A stretch of DNA of 64,000 bases from Ramazzottius varieornatus (Eukaryota > Animalia > Tardigrada): the NCBI GenBank assembly GCA_001949185.1, contig BDGG01000011.1:326123-390122 (forward strand), in the 5' to 3' direction. Made by a program: the position numbers and the translations under genes. This document shows, piece after piece, positions 34,377 through 47,209 of the stretch. The first letter of the stretch is position 1, and each line of letters begins with the position of its first letter. The notes under the pieces were generated by a model. It saw only the letters and a list, made by a program, of their open reading frames with translations, was not told the origin of the DNA and ran no database searches.

Positions 34377-37300
34377 TTAATGCCCAGACGCCATGTTGTA
34401 GTTGCCGAAAATGTCCTCGTGATAGCGGTCCGTGCTCTACAGAACAAAGGATACGATGATTGCTGTGAAGAGTTTACGGCAGAATTGCGCCCACATTTCA
34501 TTACCCGCAAGTGGTTCATGAGGTGCTGCGTTTGGACGGCGGTGAAGCCTCCAGCCTCAAAAGCTTGCCGAATGGCATTATACACACCAGCTGCCATTCC
34601 CACATCTCCACAGACGTAGATATGCGCTTCCCGCACACGCACATCCGGCAACAGCGTTGCCGCAATTTTCGGTATGATATCCTGCACGTACGTCTAGAAA
34701 CGAGAACAACCGATGCCCAGAAGATTTTCCCAACAGGAATCTTCAACGTACCTTTGGGACGTTCGCTTGTCGAGACAGAGCCAAGTGAAAACTTGTCAAA
34801 ACGCCGTCTCGCTGCAGCTGGTCGATTTCCGCTTGGTAGATATGGTCTAGCTCAGAGTTGCGACAGCCGAAAATGAGGTGGGCTTCCACATTGTCAGCCC
34901 GGTGGCTGGCACGCAGCTTTTCAAAGTGCTGCCAGAAGGAGCGGAAAGGCGCGATACCCGTACCCGCGCCGATCATATAGATGGGCACGGTCATTTTTTC
35001 CGGCAACCGAAACGTCGACGCCCTGCAATATTCTATCTTTAAAGATGTGAGCGTGAAAATCAAAAAACACCTCTGTGTTACGTACGTTCGAATGTAGTAG
35101 TGGACAGGGCTGTCCAGTTTGCGCTGGCTCAAGAAGGCGGTACAGACGCCATTGTGGACAGGTCCGGTGCCGTTCTGGGTTCGGTAGGAGATTAACCCGA
35201 CAGTGGCGTCGATGACTTTGGGGTTGGTCAATGGTGAGGAACTGATGGAGTAGAAGCGCGGCTGCAGCTGAGGCAGCTCGATCAACAATAACGTCGCATC
35301 CACTTCCACCGATTGGAATTCCTCCAGGACTTCTAACAGTGTCGGCCACTTGAACGTTTTCCATGCTTCGTACTCCTCGGTGTTCTATATTAGTCCGACG
35401 GTACAACTACTCATCGGGCAAGGTTAGCTTGACAATTTTCCTATAGGCGCACCTTGGAAAGTTGAAGAAGCCTGTCGTGCTCTTCGGAGCTTCTAGCTAG
35501 TGAAGCCAAGCTTTCCAGTAGCATTTGCGAGGGTGGAGTGGTGATGTCCAAGAAGGAGGCGAAGAGGACTTCCATGGGCGCCACTGGTAAACGCACCAGT
35601 GCTTTCCAGGACTTGGTCACCGCTACAAAAAACCAGCGCTGACTGACACGAACGCCACATTGTTATTGAACCGTGAAGGAAATTACCCACCCATTCCGGA
35701 GGCTTTCTCGACCAGCACTTCCACCTGGATCGGTGCCTGGTTGGGTCGCATACCCAGACGGTCCAGCAATGCCGCCACCTGCTGTGGATCATTTTCGGCA
35801 AAGATGGCCACGTGGTCGCCGGGCTGGTACGAAATGTCCTCCTCGCTCTCCAGCTGCACCAAGATGGTCTGTCGCGTCGACTGCTTGCTTTGCAAGTTGC
35901 GCCGACTGAGCAACTTGCACTGCTGCACGTTTTTATTGTATGTCCCACTCAAGGCTACAGCAACAGTATGCCAATTGATCAAGCGATACTGTTACTGTTG
36001 AGCTTTTTTTTATATTGAGTACCTGTCTGCAGATCTTCGCTGACGGCGGCAGCGTTGGCCCGCAAGCGGTAACGACCCTTGGACCACGAGCTGTCACCAT
36101 TGGACAGCGCAGCTTGGGCGTCGACCATGTTGACGTCATCGCCGAGACAGAAGACGTCGCAGGCTACTTTGAAGACCTCGTGGGCCCACAGCTTGAAGGA
36201 CTGATCTTGCCCGCGAAGCTCGTCGCCAGTGTGTATGGGCAGGATACACTCGCCACCCAGAGCGCTGAGCGACTGGTCGACGTAGTGAGCGAACGCGCAA
36301 AAGTGGGGATACGAACTGGAGCCCAGGCCAAAGACGGCGTAGCGCACGTTACTCAACGGACCACCTAAAAATAACCGGACGAATGTCTGTACAAACTCGG
36401 TGCCTTTCGGTATGGAAAATCGGTTTGACGGACACTACACTGACCTGTGTCCATAAAGTTATCTTGGTCAGCAAAGGTGGTCTGCCGGGAGAAACTGCCT
36501 TCAACACTGCGCGTGTCCATCCGAATATACGATTGGGATTTCTTCCTGTGGAAATACACTCCCAACGTGACTGGGAAGTTCACCAAGTATTACTCGCGAA
36601 TTTGTTTGTTAGTCTTACCCTGAGATGTCATCCGGACAGGAGAGCTGGTGCAAGTAGGCCGCGATCTCCTTGCCATTGTCCGGCGGGTCGCCGTTGCCGA
36701 AGGTACTGGTAACGACCAGCAGCAGTGCTTCGTGCTCGAGGTGGGCCAAGTCGTAGTGTTCCGCACAGACCACGTTGACGTCGAAGCCGTACTTGAAGAC
36801 GTCAAAGAGCGTTTTGGCGTACCGCTCCGACTTACCCGTTTCTGTCGCGTAGATGATGGTGGCACGAATGCGACGAGCCAGCGCCTTTGCCATCAACTTG
36901 GCCGAGAACTTCACCGCTCTAAAGACTCCCACAAATTAATGTAACTTCTTGGGAAAATTCAAACCAACTTATGCGAAGTTTCCATTTTCTTCGTTGGTTT
37001 TACCGCGCGATTTCTCGAAAGCCAAATTTCCGCTTTGGGTTAGATTTTTGCGCCGTCAACTTGACCTTGTCCTTTTTCCACACGTGCGCTTTCCATGCTT
37101 CGTCCTATAGGGAATATCACGTAATACAGAGATTGACAACAGTCTACTGTCCAGATGAGCATTTACCGGGTGCCCAGTCGCAATTTTCATAAACTTTCGC
37201 ACTCGATATCGGTTGTCCCTGCTAACGAAATGCTCCGCTATCATGGGTTATTAATAAACCTTTCTCCCTCCACTGTACCAATAACAGATGGACACTTGAT

Positions 37301-40300
37301 CAATGCGAAGAGTACCTCGCCACGAAAAAGTGATTCTTTAAGGGAAGGCAAACTCGCTCATTTTTCAACGGCCATCTTTCCTTTACTGTACCTCGCAATG
37401 GAAAACCTTTTACTCGTGTCCTTGACTGGGTATAGCTAATCAAAAATTGCAACAGTTGTTTTTTCGAGACAAACTTCAATTAAGGATGCCCATTCCGCCT
37501 GACTTGCTTACTGGAACGGAATTCGGATCCGAATTCCGTTCCGTTCCTATCTTCCGTTGTCCAGAACGGCTAGACAAAAAATCGGAATCCCAATACGGCA
37601 GTTCAAAAACCAGTCGCAAGCTCGGTTTAGCCCCGTCTCTCAGTAAGATCGTGTCCAAGTGGCGCACGAAGCTGACCAGTTATACTGACAATGTGCGCCA
37701 CTTAGAGATCAATTTTGTCGAGGTTGTTTGCCGTGCTTCTATGTAGTGAGCAAAGATGACACCAGAACTCGACACTTGGCGCAAAAAGTGGGACTTTCGC
37801 CGTGGAAAACCGGATTCTGACAAGAGGAATTCTTTGTCCTTGAATTTCGATTCGGAATTCCAGCGTTCCAAGTCGTCCTCAGCCCGAACGCTGCGGAATT
37901 CCGATTGTCCAGGCGGAATTAGGAATGGAACGGAAAAAGGAACGGGCATATTTAACTTCGACAACATTGTGAGTTACTCATGTGACGGCGACCTCACTGA
38001 ATGCTTGCCGGCGAACTAGACCTCAAAGGAAGGCACAATTCTCTCTTCCGCCTTTGCAATTGTTTTTGCCACATCTTTGACTGGCGTTTACGATTAGTCG
38101 GCTTTTCGTAGGAGGAAGCATTTTGTGAAAATTACGAATAACCACCCGGTAATCTTTTCCTCGAATGCCAACCAGTGTCTCACAATAAAACACCAGAAAA
38201 GCCTTCCGTCAATTCAATGACTACACGTTACCTTTGATTACAAAACTCTAGACTAGTGTCGCAAAAATGTCACTTTACGCGTCGTACCTTCGTTATCGAA
38301 GGTTGATCAGTTCAGACTTAATGGTGTCTTTTGAGTTTAGATTATAGTTGTACTCTTAGTGGAAATGTTTTTCTGTGTGGGGGAAAAAGTACCTGATAAT
38401 CGTAGCAGGGGGATAGTCTATAGTCCAGCATTTCCTGGTGGTAAACCGAGACTAAACTGCCCCCCATCGGCGGCACAATCCACACCTGCAAGGTTGAAGA
38501 TGAGTACATAGGCAAATGCCTTCCGTTGTTTACACTTTTCCGTGAAAGTTGTTCGACCTACCCAATCAGCCGGACATCCGCCGCGCGCTTTCTGATAAAG
38601 GAAAGCAATAGTTATCAATACAACTAATCATTCACTCCTTAGTCTGGAAAACTGCCGCTTACCTGTTCGTTCTCCAGGTGCTTCATGAAGGACTCCGAAG
38701 CGGAGTGATGGTCGACAATTGTGACGTTGACAGACTGAAAGCTACTGAGGATAGCCTTGTTTAGCTCTAAGAAGGTCTGGTCTTTCCATAAGGAGGAGGC
38801 GCGACTTGTGTCGAACTCAAAAACGTTGGCTATGTCCTACCGACAGGCAACATCATTCGCTCTCAGCCCTCCTTCCAAATCCAAAAATTCAAAGCTTTGA
38901 AAAATCACACTGACTTCTAACAAGTTGTAACGAGTCGGATCGACGAAATCCCTCGCAATTTCCGTTTGCATGTACCAGCCTACGAGTAACCACGCTACAG
39001 CTTCAAATCTGTTCTCGTCTCTTGACTGCATATCATGCTGTGAAATTTATTTCGTTTACCGCTAAAAGCGACAGCGGGGAAGAATACTCCGCCGACGTCG
39101 AAGACCATATTGGCCACAGCGGGTAGTGCGTACCATTTCAATCCCATTTCGGCCAAGCCCGGGTACCTGAAATTTCAGGTTTTAATAACTGTCGCAAATT
39201 TTGAAAGATATAAGACCTGCTTTGACTTACTCTGCATGATGTATGGCCACTTGAAGAACAATATCCCGAGGGATGTCAAAGTATTCAGGATCTTGCCCAG
39301 CGGCTGACAGAACTAGTGGAAGCACGTCAAAGCGACCACCGGAACCCTTCCATCCCAACTTGTGACACACCTTGATATCGAAGAAGAGGTGGAAGTTTTG
39401 TTGGATTGTCAGCTTGATGTTCTATACAATGGAGGGAAATTACTTCGGTAAGCTCGACGGAAGCAGGGTCGCCAATGACGCTGCCGTCTTCCTGTTTGTA
39501 TCCCGCATAGCGGACCAGCTGGGCGTTCCAAATGCGAAAGTCCTGCTCAGGTGTAGTCCGTTGCTTGAAAATGGTAATTGCTGAACGGAGGTTACCGCGG
39601 TTGGTGGAGTACTTGATGTGGTTTAGCAGAGCCTCAAACATGGTGCGGGGCGTATTGATAAACCGAGCGTCAAAGACCTTCGAATCGATCATTGCTAGTT
39701 ACTCCCATCAAAAGCGTTGTAAACTCAGAGAAAAAATAGTAGTAAAATTAACCCGGCTTGGTACTGTAACAGAAAAATACCTGTAGTTTTGACCATTGAA
39801 TTCGACCGATACATCGTTGTGAATTGCGCCATGCTGATTTTGCGGCAAAGGTCAGTTCCTGCTCCTTGAATTCGTAGTTACCCGTGGCGTGGATCTGGGC
39901 TTCCACTTCGGCCCAGCGCGCATCGTGAGCCGGTGTGTTCAACCTACAAACACAATTTGTCAGTCTACCCTAGTAACCCCACAGGGTGGCACTACTCGAA
40001 GAACTGTACCGTTTAGCGGACTCAAAATATTGCCGAATGAAATCCTTGGCCAACAGCAACACTTCCTCAGTCGATCGCGCAAGCGAATTCTGTGGTCGCG
40101 ACAAGTTTAACAGCGACGCGGTGCAACGATTTGCGGTACAACCAACACTCTGTACAGAAACCATATGACAAGAAAGAATCAAACTATCAATACGACAATC
40201 ATTTATGATAATCTAATGACTAATTTCGAACAAGTTTTCAGTAATTGTTAAAGTGGTTATTATGGAAGTTTAATGTACAAGTGAAAACGGTAGGCCTTAC

Positions 40301-41706
40301 TTGGGCTGTGGATCGATGAAGAGTATCGACGAAGGTTTTGCCATCGAGCAAGTTCTTCAGCTTGATGTACTTCTTGATATGGCTGGGACTGGGTTGAGGT
40401 GACAGATGATGATGGGCTTCAGCGTCCAGTGCGGCACTGGAGCGGGGTCCCAAGCGCGTGTGTTGGCTGTTGACCATCGATCCGTCCTTGACGGGTCGCT
40501 CTTCTGACAGGTCACCCGTTTTTGATGGGATAGCATGTGACGACAGAATACCGTTAGGAGCTGTCATGAAGCTTCGACGTCTCGCAGCAGTTCGTGCGTT
40601 ACCTGGAATATCAAGGCACAAATTGTCGTCCCAGAAAACACGACGCATTCTCTATCGTTTAAACCCGGATACCATCGTCCAAATTTTCAAACACGCATGC
40701 CAATCTTTTCTCGTCGAAAATTTTTGTTCGAAAATTTTGTGCAAAACTAGCGAAAAAGTATTGTAGATGACACTGCAAAAACAAAAAAAAGACTGATGAA
40801 TAAGATCAGCCAATCCAATTGGAAGTATTTGGGAGCTGGATGGATACTTTTGACAAAACTGATCCACCAAGTGGCGCACAGTGTCAATCGAAAACACTGA
40901 AAAAGTGCGCCACGTGGAAAACGATCTTGCCGATTTAAGTTCTTCCATGCTCCCGTTTGACAAACAACTAAACAAAATTTGAACTGCAACTTGTAAGTCC
41001 TACCCGAAAAGCCACCGTCCAGAATGGCCGAGCTCAATCTTCGGTCTCTCGCATGAAGTTGTTGCTGAACTTGCCGTTCTCGATCACCACCAAAGCTGCT
41101 TGGTGGCGAAGGTCGCGGCGCTTCGAAAACGTCGTCGTCCATCACTTTCCCATGTTCTTTTTTCGCACTCGCATTCAGGTTTAGAAGTCCCTGCATCATC
41201 TCCTCGATCTTCCCCAGCCTTTCCTGCAAGTCCCGATTGAACTTAGCCAGTTGTTCCGCCGAGACCTCGACGCCGTTTCGGTGTTCGCCATTTTGTTCAA
41301 CAACGGGACAACTTGCGATCGGATGTCCATTCTGCGCCGCCGTCAACGTTAACGGTTCAGTAATTCTTCGAGTCCTCGGTGTTCCATTCGAATCGTAGTA
41401 CGTCACGACCTGTATGCGACAGTTGAGCGGTCCTTTCAGCAAAATGACCGCGGGTCTTTCGACCGGCAACGCGTCCAGCACGGCCAAGACCTGCTGAAAG
41501 TTCAAAGTTTCCACGTTGACGCCATTGACGGCGCTGAGGCGATCGCCGATCGTCACTAACTGACTTCTCTCGGCATCACAACCCGGTACGAGGCCAGAGA
41601 TGACACAAGCATGATTGACCTCGTCGTTGTGCAAAAGGAAACCCAGTCCGTAGGATGTGCGTTTGATAACGCGCAGCTTGATACTATTTCCAGTAGAACC
41701 GTCCAT
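34377..41706 (-). CDS. NOS: Nitric oxide synthase with an N-terminal PDZ domain (nNOS-like architecture)
   Basis: PDZ (GLGFL) with a beta-finger, Zn site CTANRC, heme motif [35 protein letters not shown], CaM-binding helix [21 protein letters not shown] motifs YATETGKSE and [12 protein letters not shown] motif [15 protein letters not shown] motif [13 protein letters not shown], and C-terminal YHEDIFG. Confidence 0.96.
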
Positions 41707-43543
41707 TTCCGTCAACAACGAGGAAGGAAAAACATGAATGTGGAAATGATACAGGATACAGAAAGGTTTATGGAATGAGAAGTTGTGTATGGAATAAAGA
41801 TGTTTATGGCATGGCACCGGGGTGCTATGGAGGGGATTACATTCAAGATCTGCTGGTGTATTGTAGAAGAGAAGACTTAAGGCTTGTTGTCTGCTCAATG
41901 CACTACAGTATCATAATACTCGGGTTCCCGCAGGCTGCCAGCTTTAAAGGAAACATGTCGGGAAGGATGTGAAGAGCGAGCGGGTGATCTGAGCTAATCA
42001 CCATACGCGCACAGGGAGAGCGTTCGTTGTCAGGATGAAGATGATTGAAAGGTGATGGAAGATGACAAGTGGGGAAAGCAAGAAACCATCGATGTGAAAA
42101 TCTCAGTCCAATAACAGACACTCGATATCAAATTAGAATTTCAGGATGATTTCCACGATTACGTAAACGACACACTAGTAATTTGTATTTAATGTTGCGA
42201 TGATTAGTCGTGACTTCACGTTCGTAATCTCGTCAGAACGCAGACAGGAACTCACACCAGATGAAAACTCTTTCAAATAGACATACGACACGCGGGATAA
42301 GAAACCCTCAGCCACGGTCTGCATCAGGTTTGTTAACTGCAGCAACTTAGTCATTATGAAAGATTCCCATCAATGTGAAAAGCCAGAAGATCAACCTGAA
42401 ATTTGCCACAATATTTGTTAAGCTCCGACAAGTAGGCAACTTTCAAGCTGAAATGCACTTCTAGAGACTGTATTATGTTGTGAACGCTGATGTTGTGAAG
42501 AATACGAAGAAAGAGAATGATCGTAGGAAGAAGAAGAAAAAGAAACATGGCGTAATTATAACGGATGTTGGACATGCCACTATATTCCTTCTTGAAGTGA
42601 ATACGCAATTACCACTGCGACGTCGACAGGCGACAACTCAGTATATCCGTATGCTTTTCCCTTATGCTTGTCTTTCTGAACTGGTACACCTGTACGGTTT
42701 CTCTCTAGCGACCCACGTAGAATGTTTAGTCTATCAAGCCAGGTGAATTTCCGTCATCGGGGATATTTCCTCCCAACACGCACTCAGATGGATATGGCCC
42801 CGGTTCAGCCTTCATGTTTATTCATGCATGATTATGGCTTGTAAGATCAATTACGAGCGTCAAAATGTTTTCTCAAGGGAATCATGAGAAAACCCACGCA
42901 TTCGATACAATTCCGTATGTGTGCGTACGGAAGATGCTGTTAGTCTCTCTCACAGCCAGCGGCGATGAAAAATTGTTCGAGGAAGACCTTCCTGGCTTTT
43001 GATAATTCCTTTTGAATTGGGCTTATTAACCCTATCTCGTATGACATACCTGGGGCTGAGGGAATTCCATCCGCAAGCAGACCAGCCGTCCATGTAACGA
43101 AGGTACACGAGTTTCTTCTCTGCAAAGCGAAATCGTAACGTTAACATGTTCAGTCGGGCTAGCTAGAAGAAAATTGCCAATGCTCCATTCGTCTCAACCG
43201 TCCCCGGGTCCTCTGAAGAAGGTCCCGTCACCAGCCTGCATCCTTCTTACATGAAAAGGTTTCGCCAAGCCTTTCTTGCTTGACGGTCGTTGAGGATGTG
43301 GTTCGAATACCTATAAAAAAATCTGGCGTAAACAAACCTGTCATATCTGGGATAACAAAGTGGCGCAATATCCAGCCAATTCCACAAATCCACAAACCCA
43401 TTTCAGACTTGGCACTCCACTGTTGATTGTTGATTAAAGGTTTCAGAAATTGAAATTTTCAATTTTCAAAAAGTTATCCACACAATCTAACTTTTTCTTC
43501 TTCTCAGAAATCTTTTCACAACCGTTTTCCTCCTGACTTACCC

Positions 43544-46534
43544 ATGGCTGATCGCAGCTGTCAGCCTCCATTATGGGGAGATGGTATGCCTTCGACTTCC
43601 AGCGGGATCCGATATGGCGTTTTCGATGCAGGCTTGGCGGGTGTGCAACCGAATACGGAGATGGTTGTCGACGACAGCCAGCCTGAGCCAGAACCGGAAC
43701 CCACTTCATGGCAGCTTGGAGGACTTGCTTCGGCCTTTCTTGTTCCACCGATACCTAAAGACAAAGAGGAACCATCACTCGTCACTGCAGTGAAGTCAGA
43801 AGAAGGAAAGCCAGCCACTTCTGCATCAGGTGAGTTGGGAAATGCTGGAAAATGAAATTCGATGGAAATAAATACAATCCTGAAATTTAGCACGCCACGC
43901 TGTGTTAAACCAGCTCGGTCAGCTGTAAGACGTCATGAGCTTGTCACGTGTATTTAGACGTTATCGTTGCGGGTTTGATCACGTGGACATTAATGTTCTA
44001 GGTTATGAAACCACCTTATGGTCTGCTATGTGTATGGTTGTTCCTTTTTATAACAGATGGCCCACCAGTGGTCCGGAAGCGAGGAAGACCACCGTACGCC
44101 AGCCTTTCTCGAGGTGATTCTCCCGCCATGGCGTCGAACTCTGGTACATGTACACCAAAGAAGCTGCTCCGCAAGCTCAAGTCAAAAAAGAAGCGCCTAA
44201 CGATGCCCAAAGGCGGCGGCGTGTACCAGCTGAAACGGGTGGTGTCCAACAAGACCTCTCCCAACGCCATCCATCCCTCGGTCCCGAAAGACGGACTGAC
44301 TGACGGTGAACGAACAGATCGAATGACGCAGCTCATTCAAAACTGTCCAGAAGAAGTGAGCAAAGGTTTGAAAGACGCAACGGTGGTGGTGGAGTCCATG
44401 ATACGCGAAGCGGAAGCCTATCGCAACGAAGTGAAGAAGAATGGGAAGAATATGAAGGCTCTCGACGAGATGACGGTTGCCCTCGCCGAAGAAACCAAAG
44501 CTAGACAGATCAAACAAGATACGTTGGATCTAAAGATAACGCAGGCTATCTGTCAAAAGTTCCTAACGTTGGAAACCAGTAAGGAGAACGGCGAAGAGGC
44601 CGTCAGAACCTTCTTCACAGACGGGCCTTCGGACAGTCGAATTCACCATCGTAGGAATTTACTTTCCTTACCTCCTCTCGTTGACATGCTGACGTTGGAT
44701 CCTGCTGTCATCCAGAAAGATCCTTTCGAAGATGAAGGTGATTTGGTGGGAAGAGTAAAAAAGCCTCAGCGGCCGCGTAATTTTGAAAAGAAACACGATT
44801 TGAACCAGTATTCAGCTCTGAAATTCAACTGACTCATGACGTAAACGAAATACTGTGGCTAGTGAGATTGAGGCATCTTCGTAGAGTCGACGTCATCGGT
44901 CAGAGGTTAGTTTGACGATGAGTCGTACGACGGGGATGTTCGTGTGTCGGCTGGCCATCACTTGACAAGTTCTGTACTTGGCATCCGATTGATTGGTTGA
45001 ATGTCTTGCAGGTGCGAAGGTGGTTCCATCCAACGAGCAGAAAGACGGCACAGACACACGCGAGCTGACCAACAAGTTGTACGCTATGCTGGGTCGACCT
45101 TCCCTCTCCACCCATAAACGTCATCTCCAGCGCGCCAAACGCGCGAAGGAAACGGAGAACTTGACAGAGGAACAGGTCAATAAGTCTATCGACGAGTACT
45201 TTGCCATGTGTCGATCCCTAACACCGAGAGAAACCATCCAACCGGAAAAGACTCCCTACCATTCCTTTAAAGACTACAAGACGATGCACTGTACCGAGGC
45301 GGATGAGATTGCCGACTGTGCTTCGGCCATCGAAGGGTTTCTGCACAACTTTGTCCATCCTTGCTCATGTAGAGGCAACAAGAAGTGCAGTCGATGCTTG
45401 GACGTGGAAGTGAACGACTCGACGTGCAGACTTCCGCTGGCCAGCAACGTGACGGTACCTTCGCATGCCGTGGTGTACGACTTTTGCCCGCAGTGTCAGC
45501 AAGCTTTTCCTATGAGCGGTAAGTCAAAGAGTTACCCTACAAAAAAGAAAATTGCTGCTGTGCAATGTCGAAAGAAATAAACTTATCGAGACTGTTTTCT
45601 CAAGTGGCGCACCCTTTTAGCCAGAACAATGGAAACATGCGCCACGACTGGGATGAACTATTGGCAGACGTCCAATTACGGATTTTTTTTACAGGCAAGC
45701 CAGTTACAGATGACCACTCGAAGCATGCTAGGATGAAGGCGGAAAACACGGGTGTGAGTTTCGAGTTGGCTGAGGTGAAAGTACATCCGGATAGGTGTTC
45801 AGCGGAAGAAGAGAATGCCTTGATAAGACTGCTGAATAAGAGGGCATGGATGGAAGGACAAGGGGGGTGCTTCAGACAAGACTATGGACCTGTTGTCGAC
45901 TATCAAACAAAAGAGGTATGTGTATTGGTCACCGAAATCACTAAACCAGAATGTTTGAATTTGGGTGATTGTTCGCAGGTGGATCTGGACTCTTCGACCG
46001 GTCTGCCGCAATTCCTGCAGCACGAAATCATCAAGATTAGCCGGATGTACGACAGCGCGCACCCCTTCCCGTGTGCGTCGGTATCTGTTATGGATCTGAC
46101 GTCCGAACGAGCTTCGGCCATCCAGCCGCGGGAAGAGGACGAGTGGATCTGGGGCGAACGCGTCATCTTGATGGCTCTTACTTCGGACGTTGTCATCACG
46201 CTGTCACCTCAAGCTTGGGACGGCGTCAGCGAATACCGCATTGTCCGGCTGAGAATCCCACGCCGTGGCCAGGTAATTTTCCATCGAAACGTCCCAACGT
46301 GTTCTGTGACATCTTATTTTGTGGGTTTTACAGATCGTTCTTCAAGACGATGTAAGACACGAATGGAGTTGGTCCGTCCTATCGGCTGATATCCGTGAAA
46401 AGCAGGTTCTGGTGGTTTTCAGAGAAATCAACGAGGAGTTCGTGAACGGAGCAAGTGCCGAGATCGGCAAGAAGCTGATGGAAATAAATGAAAAGTTCAG
46501 TGGCGAAGTGATAAAGATGGGGGACGGCTACTGA
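43544..46534 (+). CDS. AT-hook-containing protein with a C-terminal ALKBH4-like domain lacking the Fe(II) ligands
   Basis: Exons 43544-43829, 44057-44737, 45012-45518, 45695-45915, 45979-46272 and 46334-46534 join in frame. Motifs: RKRGRPP; CSCRG..KC..C; EEE..LIRLL...W.....G..RQDYGP; GLPQF; ERASAIQPREEDEWIWGERV; RHEWSWSV; VVFRE. Confidence 0.8.
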
Positions 46535-47209
46535 TCTTTAGGAATTTACAATATACTGATAATTGTTTCTTGATTCCCTTTCCGACTTATATACTTCGCA
46601 AGACTTATATTTCATATTTGTTGTTTTAATATAGAGCTTTGGTGGAGGTCCTGGAGGAAGGCTGTTTCACTCGTAATCTCTCACAGTGTAAACCATTTTA
46701 CGATATTGTCATTCGCTAATTGTGTCAAGTTGTGTAGTGTTTCAACTGGGTTTCGTAATGAGTTAATGATTGAAAGTTTAGGGGTGGATAAGATGAATAT
46801 TTTGACGGATAGTAGTCTAGGACTACTGTAGCAGTAGCCAGAGCTGATTTGAAGCGAAACTGGGATTATGACACCGGAAGTACGTGGCGGCCTCAAGTGA
46901 TTGAGTGTGACGTAACGTGGCCGGCTCGGCGCTGATCACAGGCACCGAACAAGGCCGTGCTCTCAGTTCTTCATTCAGGTTTTCAGAATCAAGTGTTATA
47001 TAACTCGTCTTCTCGTTCGATATGTCGTCTTCAGTCTCTAAGTTGTCGTTTGCGGTTACAGAAAGATCTAGAATTCTAATTTGTTGGGTTGTAAACTGAT
47101 CGTACAGCGCGACACGTCGGGAAAGTCGTTTGCGCTTGTCTACCAGATTGGTTATTGCACCTTTGATTGCTGATTGGTCTGATTTAACCGGTGCGAAGTT
47201 GTGTGTATC

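Noticed and set aside
8436-41706. Ikaros-like + NFAT + NOS as a functional immune gene cluster
   Set aside because: Proximity in a compact genome is not evidence of co-regulation, and no synteny data are available.
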